Source: Piromyces finnis finn
Taxonomy: Eukaryota > Fungi > Neocallimastigomycota
Length of the DNA stretch: 64,000 nt
NCBI GenBank assembly: GCA_002104945.1
Contig: MCFH01000007.1
Span: 744,001-808,000 of the forward strand
Direction: 5' to 3'
A model generated the notes under the pieces. The model was not told the DNA's origin and did no database searches. It worked only from the letters and a program-made list of their open reading frames with translations. Numbering within the stretch: the first letter of the stretch is position 1; every line of letters starts with the position of its first letter. Positions 1 to 11,688 of the stretch are shown piece after piece. A program made the position numbers and the translations under genes.

Positions 1-80
1 TAAATAAGCATTATTGATTTAAAAAAAATTTATTTTTTTTTCTGAATGCTTTTTTTATTTATCAAGAAATTAAAACTTAC

Positions 81-446
81 TTGGCAATATCAACCCAATC
101 TTCTGGTTTCTTGTCTTCTGGATCATCAATTTCCTTTGGTGGATTAACAGATGGCTTGAAGCTTTCAAGAAGGTTACCAGTAGTAGCAGTCTTGTTGTTG
201 ATTTTAATTTCAAAGGTATTATCTGGACGAACAATTAAAGTGTATAAGACAGTAGTCTTTTCAATCTTAGCTTGTGGTGGGGTTTCTAAGTGTTTTTCTT
301 CATATTCACCAGTAATTGGGTTCTTGTGGCGGAAAATGAAGTGAACTCTGTTAGTACTACCACATCTATCTGGACCGAACACTTTTTTTTTTTTATAAAA
401 TTTCAAATTTTTAAATGATTATATAATTAATATTTGTTATACATTT

Positions 447-488
<42 letters not shown>

Positions 489-1367
489 AGATAAAAGATG
501 AAATTATATTGAATAGTTACTAATAACGTATGGAGTCTTATCATTGTAGTTCTTTGGATCGTATTCTTCATCTTGCTTCTTAATTAATTTTAAGTAAGCA
601 CCACCGCATTCTAAGTTGTTTTGTAATTTAACTTCATATCTTTAATGAAAAAAATATATTATTATAAATTATTAGTAATTAATTATAAAACAATAATCAT
701 TACATAATTATTACTATTTTATTTTATACATACTGAACAACAAGAGTTTTTCCTTCATTGTCAATAACTTCTGGGAATTTGGCAGAAATAGCCTTTAATT
801 AATAACAAATTATAAATTAATAAAAGTGGTAAAAAGTTTTTCATATAAATAAATATAAATATTTACATGGTGAGCAGCGGCAGATTTAACAACAAGACCC
901 TTGTCACCAATAATGTTCTTGTAAACAGATGGTTCTTCAACAGCCCATTTACCGTTATATTGTAAAAGATTTTCATCATTTTCGCTTTCAGAAATCTTCT
1001 TTGAGTGAGATACTTCCCAGCGTGAATCCCAGGAAGAAGTGAATTGTTCAATGAATGGAGCCTTAATTTCAGTTGGCTGTAGAAGATCATATTATTATTT
1101 TCATATTTTACAATAAAAATATAAATAAAAATAATATAGCACATATTTTTTTTATCTTTAGTATAAATTATTTAATTTTAATTTTAATTTTAATGTTTCT
1201 ATTATACAAATAATAGAACATATTTTTATTATTATAATAAATGAAACATTTTTTTTTATTTTTACCTTAAAAGTTACAACATTCTTGGAAGCATCTTCTT
1301 CAGCAAGAGCTGGAACAAGTAAAGATGCAAGAATACAGAAAACCTTTGTAAAAACTCTTTGCTTCAT
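81..1367 (-). CDS. CANX: Calnexin, 5' portion; continues beyond the left edge of the window; at least 5 exons visible
   Basis: Spliced reading: signal peptide [22 protein letters not shown] (exon 1367-1266); exon 1076-867 ...[11 protein letters not shown]...[11 protein letters not shown]; [38 protein letters not shown]; [30 protein letters not shown]; and the start of the P-domain [24 protein letters not shown] is typical of calnexin rather than calreticulin. Introns are canonical GT-AG. Confidence 0.95.
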
Positions 1368-3273
1368 TTTATAGTAAATTTATTTTATTTATTCTATTAT
1401 CATAATAATATAAAAATAACATTTTATTAATTAATAAAACATTGTATTTATTAATTTCTTTTTTTTTTTTTTAAAAAAAATGCAATAAAATAATTTTCAG
1501 AAAAATAATATTGCAATTATAATAATTCATAATTTAACCATAATGTCCCATATGTTAATATATCAAATATTATTATTATTATTATTATTTAATTTTTATT
1601 AACTCTTTGTATACGTGTATTTTTTTCGTTACTTTAATTCCTGTGTGCCAAATAAATACTTTACAAAAATAAATAAAAAGTTTTGATACTTTTTTTTATT
1701 TTCCTTCAAGTTATTTGCTTAAAATACTATTATTTATTATTTTCGTAAAAGTTTTCTTTTATTTTTTTTTACTTTACTTTAACTACATTGTTTATTGATG
1801 CCATCTAATTTTACTACTCAATAATAAAATGTCGTGTATTTTTTTTTTTTTTTTTAAAATAAAAGACATTTAAAAATAGCATTGATAAAAAGCATAGTAT
1901 ATAACAAATATGAATAGGTTTATTGAAAGATAGATATAATTATTTTTACCTTTTATTTTTTTTATTTTATTTTATTTATTTTTTAATTGATTTTTATTTA
2001 ATAGATTTATATATATATAAAAAAATAAATATTTTGTTTATTAAGAATAAAAAAGAAAAAAAAAAAAAAATAGAAAATCTCTAAAAACTCTTTAAATAAT
2101 TTTAATTCATTTTGGTGGATGAATAATTAAATTAAAAAAATTTAATCCAATAAAAAAAATAAATCAAATAAATACAAAATATTTATTTTTTTTTATTTTA
2201 TTTTATTTTTTTTTTTTTATTAATAAATATTATAAAAAATAAAAGTATTTATTTTTTTATTTTATTTTATTTTTTATTTTTTTTTATTTATTTATTTTTT
2301 TTTTATTTTTATTATTAAATATTAGAAAAATATTTATTTTTATTTTATTTTATTTATTTATTTATTTATTTATTTTTTTTTATTATAAAAAATAAAAAAG
2401 AAAAAATATCTATTTAATTTTTAATTAATTTAATTTTATTTTTTTAATTAAATAAAATTTAATAAACAAACTTTTTTTGTAAATATTTAAAAAAAAACAA
2501 AAAAGTAATAGTGTGAAAATGAATTAATATCTTTTCACAATTTATAAAATATAAAATAGTATTTTAATAGTAAATACAATTTTTTTTTTAATTTGAAAAG
2601 TAAAACAAAGGCTGATGGAATAGAGTTTTATTAATCCATATATATATATATAAATGAAATTCAAAATCCCTGTATTATTAAATTAAAATAATAGTCTTTA
2701 TTTTACAATAAAAAAAACTCTAATACACTAGTTGTTTCATAAAATAATTTAAGAAAATCTTCTTTTTTTTATAATACCCACTATCGTTATTAAGATTTAT
2801 TATTTTTCATTTTAATTGCCTTTTTTTTTTTTTTTTAACTTTTCTTTATAAAAAAATAAATATTTATAAAACCAATAATAAATTGACATTTAAAAAATAT
2901 TTTAAAATTTGTACATTTTTTTTTTTTTTTGTATTTTCTAGTTTTTTCTATAGGCAAAAATTATTTATTAAATAATAATGAAAATAAAAAAAGCAGTTAT
3001 TTAAAGTAAAATATTGCAATTTAAATAATATAATGTATGGAATATATTCAGTTTAATGCCTTTCTTTTCTCTTTCTATTTATAATTGTTTTATTTTATTT
3101 ATTATTTTTTATTAATTATCAAATTAACTACTAACAAAAATTCATTTTCAAATTTTTTAAAATAAAGGAAAAATTAAATAAACTTTATATTCTATTCTAT
3201 TAATTAAAAATTATTATTTTTTTTTTAAAAAAAAAAAAAGATTTCTTTTAATATAAAAGAAAATGAAATAAAA

Positions 3274-6200
3274 TTAAAGCCAGATACGAGCACAGACAGC
3301 ATTCATCTTATTACAAATTTCATTAACTTCTTCAGACCAAGGTTGATTCCAACATTCTCTAGCTTTAGCATAACATTCATTAGATATATCGGTCTTACAA
3401 GTCCAGTCAGATACACCACAAGAATTCCAATCCTTGGCAAAGAAATCTTCATATTGATTAACTTTTTCTTCCCTATTTTTTTTTTTTTTAAAAAATAATA
3501 ATATAAAATTATTAATTATTTCATTCCATTTATATAAAAAATTGAAAAAAAATATTATTAAATAAAATTATAGATAAAATAAAATAAAATAAAATCATAT
3601 ATAATAAAGATTTATAAACGAAAAAAAAAACAAAGTACAACAAAAAAAAAATAATTCATCTATTGATACTCTACTTGACATAAGTCCAAATTTTAGCACA
3701 AATAACATTCATTTCATTACAAAGGTCACCACTCTCTGGCCATGGAACCTTAATCCAACATTGATTAACTTCGGCATAACATTGATCTGATTTCAATTGC
3801 TTACATTCGTATTCAACATTACCACAACTGTACCAGTCTGTAGCAAAGAAGTCATCAAACCAATGACGATAAACTGTACTATCACCTGTAGCTGGTGGTG
3901 TAGTTGGTTGTGTAGCTGGTTGAGTAGTTGGTTGTGGAGCAGCAGTAGTAGTTGCTTTGGTTGTAGTAGTAGAGGTGGCAGGGGATGAAATAAAAGCAGG
4001 ATTCCATTTAAGAGGTGGACTTAAAGTAATGGATTCTTCATTAGCACCAACCTTAACCCAAACGGTTAATGGATCATTACCAAGTTGTTCAAATTTATAT
4101 TCGGATTGTCTAACAACATCGTCAGGAACGGTAATTGGAAGGACACAATCATGTTCGCTTGGATTATTAATGAGAATTTCGGTGGCATAACCATCTTTAA
4201 CTAAAATCTTATAACTGGCATGACATTGCTCAGCATTGTATCTATCAATACTTAATTGATTCAAATCATCTAACTTTAAAGAAACTAATGGCCAATCAGC
4301 ATATTTAGTGTATTCATTAACAACAGCTTCTACCCAACGTTGTAATAAACTTTGATGTTCGTTACTGTCATCACTTCTCATGTTAGCTTGATGGAATTGG
4401 TGAGCTTCATGTCTTAAAAGCATAATTAATCTTAAGGCACGAGTACTTTCACGTTGTAAAATTTGTTCCCAGGTAGAATCACTGCCAAAATAGGAATGGT
4501 ACATGTAATTGTAAATGTAGGTATCTTCTTCTGGAGTACTGGCATAGAAGTAAATTTCGGTAGGAGAACGTGGAATAATTGGGAAGTTTTCAACATGACT
4601 AGATCCTTTGGTTGTAATGAAAGGAAGGTATGGATTACTATTATTAGTAATATCTGCACGAGAAATATCACCAGTAGCGGAAACAATACCATATTCTCTG
4701 AAAATTTCTAAAGCATCTCCACTATGTAAACCAGATATTTGTGGGGTAATAATAGATCTACCTGACCACCATTCTTCATTAATAAGATCTAATTTTTTAG
4801 CCATTTCAATATTAACACGAATTTCATTATCAACATCACTTCTAGAAGCATTATCCAAGTTTTCATGGGTAAAGGTGTGTGAACACCAAAAGAATTTAGA
4901 ACGGTTTTCCTTATTTTTAAAGTATTGGAAAAGATCATCTTGAGCAAGATATTCATCTGTCCAATTTGGAACGTAATGTTCAACCGGCCAATTATTCATA
5001 CCTTCGCCCATTGGCTTAACATAATCAAGGGTAACATAACGATTACCATCTACTTGAAGTTGATCTCCAACCGGTAATAAACCATTACCATTAATAGCTA
5101 AATCGACATTGAAGGAAGAACCAGCTGGCATTTTCTTAAGAATTTCATCCTTGAACTTAAGATAGTCGTCTAAATCAGCTTTAGAAATACGGAAAGATTC
5201 ACTTCCAAGGGTAATTCCAGATTCATAGGAACTTTCGGTGGAAACACAATTGGTGGAAATGAAAACATCATCAATATGTGGACTGAAAGTAACTCTTCTA
5301 ATACCATTGTAAATAGAACGTGTACCCCAATGAATCCATAAATGATTTAATACAATAGTATCGAGCGACCAAGAAGCAGTTGGAAGGAAGAAACTTAATC
5401 TTTCACGACCATCTTCTAATTTTGCATAGATAGCACCAACAGTTCTTTCTTTAATTTTTTCACAAGCTTCAAAATAAAAGACTGGAGTAGCAATATCTGG
5501 ATTAGTAATGGTGACTGGAGTATGATAGAAATTGTTACTATTAAATTTTTATTCATTTATTTATGTTAAGAATGCGTGTAATTTTTTTAATAAAAAGATA
5601 GAGAATTCATATTAAAAATATATTTATTGTGATAAATATATATATTTAAAAAGAAAATTAATTAGTTATACTTTTTTTTTTTTTAAATTTTATAATAATA
5701 ATAAAAAAATTTTTTTTTCGAAATTTAATTCTTCACTATAAAAAAAACATCTACATAAAACATTATATCATTTCTATTCACTATTCACACGTCAGTATGA
5801 GTATGACTAAGTATATATGTTTTTATTTGAATATAAATATAGAAAAATATGGAAAAATAAAAAAAAAATTTTTTTTTTATCTTACTTTGTAGCAATTGGA
5901 GCATCCTTTTTAATACCAGCTCTTTTATAAATTTCATTAGCTATTTCATTATCTGCACCAACAATTTTTTGAATATAAGTATTACCCCAGGTAGAAGCAT
6001 CATAAATTGAAGTACCGGTAATAGATTCAGGAGTATCACTAAAAGTGACACGTCTTACATTAAAGGTTTGTTCATAAGCATCAAGGTAAGCCCATTGTTC
6101 ATCTGAAAGGGAAGAAGTAAACGTTTTATCAGCAGTTTCAGAGGATAGTTTACCAGAGATAAGGATAACTAAATAATATTTTGGATTTCCTTCTTCATCA

Positions 6201-6412
6201 TAAAGAGATAAATTACCAGTTAAAATATGATCTGTATTATTAATGATAAAGGCATCAAAAGGAATTCCATAGGATTCTAAACCATAAATAGTATTTTGGA
6301 AAGTTTCATCTTCCTGAGTATGTAATACTAATGCTTTTAATCCAATAGTATAAGAATAAACGGATGCAATACAAAGTAATGCAAATGTCAACAGTGAACT
6401 GAATATTTTCAT
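3274..6412 (-). CDS. Secreted Agd3-like (CE18) polysaccharide deacetylase with Thr/Pro linker and two tandem C-terminal 6-Cys modules; exons 6412-5886, 5537-3675, 3472-3274
   Basis: Signal peptide MKIFSSLLTFALLCIASVYS. N-terminal 'KALVL...YGIPF...RRV' region resembles the Agd3 N-terminal domain. Motifs RRVTFSPHIDDVFIST, NGNG, WCSHTFTHENLDNA, PQISGLHSGDAL, LRHEAHQFHQANMR, WVEAVVNEY..WPLVSL and EQLGNDPLTVWV follow the order I recall for Aspergillus Agd3. Both introns are phase-consistent (phase 2). Confidence 0.88.
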
Positions 6413-7254
6413 TTTATATATATAAATAAATGTTTTTTATTTTAATTATCACGAACAATAATTTCTAAACTGTAAAATAAATGAATAAATTCTATAGGGT
6501 ATTATTATTTTTATATAGGTATAATTTATTATTTATATATATTTAATAAATTATAATAAATAAAAAAGAAATGATAGTTTACTTTTTTTTTTTTCTTTCT
6601 TTCTTTTTGTATTAAGAACTTTTGTCTTCCTTTATATATCATATAATATATTTAATAATCTTATTTTATTTTAATAATAAATAAAATTTTATATTTTAAA
6701 AAAAGGTATTTTAGTTGTCAAGATAAATTATTGTATTTAAGAATTTTATTTAATAATAAAAAAAAAAAAAAGAAAAATTTATGATCATCTTTATGTTAAA
6801 ATTAGAAAGTTTTTAGATTCTCTCTATTCACATCGAATTATTATTTATTAAAAGGTATTAATAAAAATTACAAAGTTATTAATAAATAAGACTATTTCAT
6901 TAATAAAATTTAATCGAGAATTATAAATATATGAAATATAAAATAAAATTATTAAAATATATATGTATATATATATAATTATAGAGGAATATCCAAAAAG
7001 ACTAAAAAAAAAAGTAGTTTGTATATTAACTTTTAAAAATAATCATATCAATAACAATAAAACAAATAAAAATTTATTATGTATTATTATTATTCATATA
7101 TTATTACAATAATATAATATAATGTGAAATTTTTTTTTTAAAAAAATAAAAAAAAAAAAAAGAAACCAAAGAGAATTAATATAAAGTTTAAGTAATTCAA
7201 AGTATCCCTTTTAAAAAAAATATGGTTAAAATATAATATTTTTAAAATTATTAA

Positions 7255-7293
7255 TCGGTAAAGTACGAATAATTAATGAACCGACCTACCAAT
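7255..7293. promoter_or_regulatory. Candidate element in the divergent promoter between the two Agd3-like genes (TCGGT-N20-ACCGA inverted repeat plus CCAAT)
   Basis: A locally GC-richer patch near the middle of the 1.6-kb intergenic region: tcggt at 7255-7259, accga at 7280-7284, ccaat at 7289-7293. Function is untested. Confidence 0.2.
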
Positions 7294-7323
7294 CCCACTT
7301 TAATTAATTATTAATTTAAAATT

Positions 7324-7370
<47 letters not shown>

Positions 7371-8019
7371 TAAAAAGAAAAACCAGAAATAGTTTAATAA
7401 TTATAAATTAGTGATGAAAAGTATAACTATATTATAAAGATGTAAATTTTATTGAATATATAAATGTTTAATCCATAACCTTTAATATTTTTTTTAATTT
7501 TAGTTGAAAACATTAAATTAAAAAAGTTTCCCAAAGTAAATTCTTTATAAAGTTTAAAAAATTCATTTCAAGACAATCCTATATATATTTAATCATCATT
7601 AAGTCATTATAATGAATGATATAATTACCTTTAATAATCTTTATTATAAAGAGGAGATGAGATAAAAAAAATTATTTATTAAATAAAACTTCATATATCA
7701 TTATTCATTAAATAATAAAAAAAAAACTTTAATTGATAATAAAAAAAAGAAAAAGAATTAAAAAAAAAGTATCATTTATATAATTAACAATTAAAAGTTG
7801 ATTATTTATTATATAATAACAATTTAGTATTTTTTTATATTGAATTCATTTTAAAGTTTTTTTTTATTCATATTTTTTTTAACAAGAAAAATTTTTTTTT
7901 TTTTGTTTATCTTTTTTCTTTTTGGACTATACCTTTTTTCACCTAGTCATACTATATACATCGACTAAAATAAAATAAAATAAAATTATATATAGAAGAA
8001 ACAAAATTTTTTAAAAAAA

Positions 8020-11000
8020 ATGTTTAATAAACTGTTTAATATGAAGCTTTTAAAAAAAGTTTCATTGTTAGGATCCTTAATTTTAATAAATCCTCCCAGA
8101 TGTTATGGGCAAGATGTCATAAAAATAGGAATGAGAGCTTTAGTTTTATCAACAGAAAAACCAGAAACAGTTTTATCCTCTTTAGCATCCTATGGTATTC
8201 AATATGATAATTTAATATATAATTGTGAAAATCCATTAGAAGGAGAATTATACCTTCTTGATGAAACCACCAAAGATCCAAAATATAACATGATTATTTT
8301 AGCAAGTGGTGCAATGAAGACCAATTGTTATGGATCTGTGGTAAGTGCATTAAGTGATGATCATTGGAAAGCTTTAAGAAATTATGAAAGTAAATATAAT
8401 ATTAGAAGAGTAACTCTTAATGCATCACCAGAAGATGCTTCAGAAATCGGGGTTCAAGCGTATAATGATAAAATTGAAAAGAAATCATTATTACCTATTT
8501 ACGCTTCAAAAAACAAATTTACCAATCATTTATTTAATAATGCAGGAATTCTTGAAACTGCTCCATTTAATACTCTTGGGTAATTATTAAAATTATTTAA
8601 AAAAAAAAAAAGATTTTATTTTTCATATTATATTTTATCTCTTTATATATATAGTAATATTAATTTACCCTTGACCATTTTTTTCTTCTCTTTTTTTTTT
8701 TTTTTTCTTTGGTATATTAATAATGAATTTAATATAATCATTATCATTAATAACACGTCTATGTGGTCAAAAAAAAAAAAACAATAAAAAATTGGTTTTA
8801 ATATATTAATATGGAATGATGGAATTATTATAAATAATGCTTTGACATTTTAGAATTCGTCATGATTTTGCAAAAATTAACAATTCAACTATTTCAGCAC
8901 CAGTATTAAGCTACAATATTAAGAGCAAAAAAGATGGAGAAGCCATTGCAGCTGTTTACTCAAAATTGGAAGATGGTAATGAAAGATTAACTTTCTTTTT
9001 ATCTAGCAATGGAAGTATGTACTTTTTAAAATATATATAAAAAAATAGTATCATCACAAATAATATACCTATACATATACATTATGAATAATGAATTTAA
9101 AAAAAAAAAAGTGAATTAATAATTTTTTTATAATTTTTTTTTCTACTAAATGATTAAATAATTATTTTATTAAGGAAATCCAACCAGTTTAATTATTAAT
9201 CACCTTTGGATTCCATGGGTATCAAAGTATATATATTCTGGTTTTAGAAGAATTTACCTTTCCCAACACATTGATGATATATTTACATCTGAAAAATTAA
9301 TTCCAGTTTCTGATAAATTTTATAACGTAAATACATAAAATATACTATATATATTTTTTATAATAATATTGGATTAGTATTATATAATAGTATTACAGTA
9401 ATAGTATACATTATATATAGACATTTTTTAAAAATTTTTATAGTAATTATTATTATTATTTTATTTTTATTAAATCTTATTTTATATATATATATATTTA
9501 TTTTTTTTTTAAATAGAAAAATAAATTTTATAAGAATACTGTTGCCGATTTTGATAATCTTGTTCGTTATCAAAATGAAATTTTGACTAAGATGCCAGCT
9601 GGATCAAGTTATCATTTAGAATTAGTTTTCAATGGTAATGGTATTCTTGATGATTCTAGGTAATTTTTTTTTTTTTACATTTTCTATCTACCTTTTTTTA
9701 CTTTTATTATTATACTTGATAACTTTGATTTAATTAACCTAAATCCCCTCCCCCTTTTCTTTATATTAGTTATAATTTAGATATTGAAGAAGATGAAGGA
9801 GTTTCCAATAATTTCATTAAACCAAAAGGTACAGGTGTATGTAAATGGCCTGAATATCCATACCCAGCAACTTGGTTAGAATCTGAATTAGATAAAAATA
9901 GTTTATTTAACTTCTTTAAGGAAAAATATGCCCATGAAAACTTTTATTGGGCCTCTCATGGATTTACGCATCAATCTTTAAATAATGCCACCTTCACTGA
10001 TGTTGCTAATCAAATTGAAGTTAATAAAAAAATGGCACTTCACCTTGGTATATCTGATAAAGGTATTTTTTCTAGACATGTCATCATTCCACCACACAGT
10101 TCTGGTTTACATAATGGAGATGCTATTGATGCCTTTATCAAAAATAATATTGAAGTAGCTTTTGGTAATATTCATCGTGAAGATATTACAAATGATGAAA
10201 GTAATGAAAAGGCAGCCTATATGGCATGGAGAACAACATTAGAATCTAGTAATGTTGATAATTATCCTGTTATTCCACGTATCCCAACCATGCTTTTCCG
10301 TCAATGTTCCACTCCATCTGAAAATACCGTTAAATACAATAAAATGTTTGAAGGGACTGGTTTGATTGCCTCCTTTGACGAAATTTTAAATAGAGATACA
10401 CAACAAGCTTTACTTTCCCTTTTCCAACTACGTCACTACCCCTTCCAATTCCATCAAGCCAACCTTCGTAGTGCTGATCTTCCAAATCAAAAGAGTCTAG
10501 TGGAACAATGGACAGAAAAATTGGTTGAAAAGTACAATCAATATGTTAAATGGCCAATTGTTTCTGTTAAATCGGATGATATTAGAACCTCCTTCCTTGA
10601 ACGCGAAAAGTTTGAAAATTGTGACTTGACCCAACAATTAATTTACAATGGTACTCATATCATTGCTGTTTCCTTAACCGCTACAAACAAATCCTGTAGA
10701 ATTCCAATTGCTTTACCAAATGGTATAAGTATAGTTGAAAATGATCTTTTCCTTCTTAAAGATATTCTTACCGTAGAACAAGTTAATGAATCCGATCCAA
10801 TTACTCTTTGGGTTCATCTAAATAATAATTCTGTAGCCTTAAATTTTGAACCAGCCATTCCATGGGGTGAATATAAAGTTAATACAAGATACGGAACATT
10901 AGCCAAGAAGTCTACTACCACCGAAGACGATTATTATTTCGATAAGGAAAGTAAAACTAAAGGAAATTATACCGCACATGATATTATTACCAATGTCATC

Positions 11001-11231
11001 ACAAATATCTTAAAATTCAATTTGGAATCCAATAAATTAAGGAATGAACTTGGCTATACCTCTGAACAATTAAGAAATGTTAAAGCCTTAAATGAATTAG
11101 AAAAATCACGTTTGTATGCTGAAGGTTCTGGTAAAATTCAAGAAAGACGTAAAAAGGATAAGACCATTAAAAAGTATTTAAAAGATAATAAAGATGCCTT
11201 TTACAAAGCTATTGAATATAATTTTGAATAA
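8020..11231 (+). CDS. Second secreted Agd3-like (CE18) deacetylase with a charged C-terminal tail; exons about 8020-8579, 8854-9014, 9175-9326, 9535-9659, 9770-11231
   Basis: Spliced reading gives MRALVL...SYGIQYD...RRVTL, KLEDGNERLTFF, NHLWIPW...GFRRIYLSQHIDDIF, MPAGSSYHLELVFNGNG, FYWASHGFTHQSLNNATF, PPHSSGLHNGDAI, LRHYPFQFHQANLRSAD and DPITLWV. This is colinear with the minus-strand paralog. Confidence 0.87.
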
Positions 11232-11497
11232 AAAAAGATAATTTTTTTTTTGTCAAGGCTTTGAAAAAGTAGAAAGTATTAATTTTTTTTTACTCTATTA
11301 TTATTTAACCTTTAGAAGATTTTAATATATTTTATATATCTAAAAAAAAAATATAAAGATTATTATATAGTATAAATTTAAATTTATTTTGCATATTAAA
11401 TGTTGGAGTTTTTATAAAATTAAAAAAAAAAAAAAAAAAAACTTAATAAAATTTAAAAAAAAAAAAAAAAAGATACTAGTAGCATTTCATTCATTTA

Positions 11498-11688
<191 letters not shown>

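Noticed and set aside
3274-3880. Fungal dockerin (CBM10-like) call for the C-terminal repeats
   Set aside because: The repeats lack the dockerin hallmarks (GYPCC, YTD..G.WG.EN..WC), and the Cys spacing is different.
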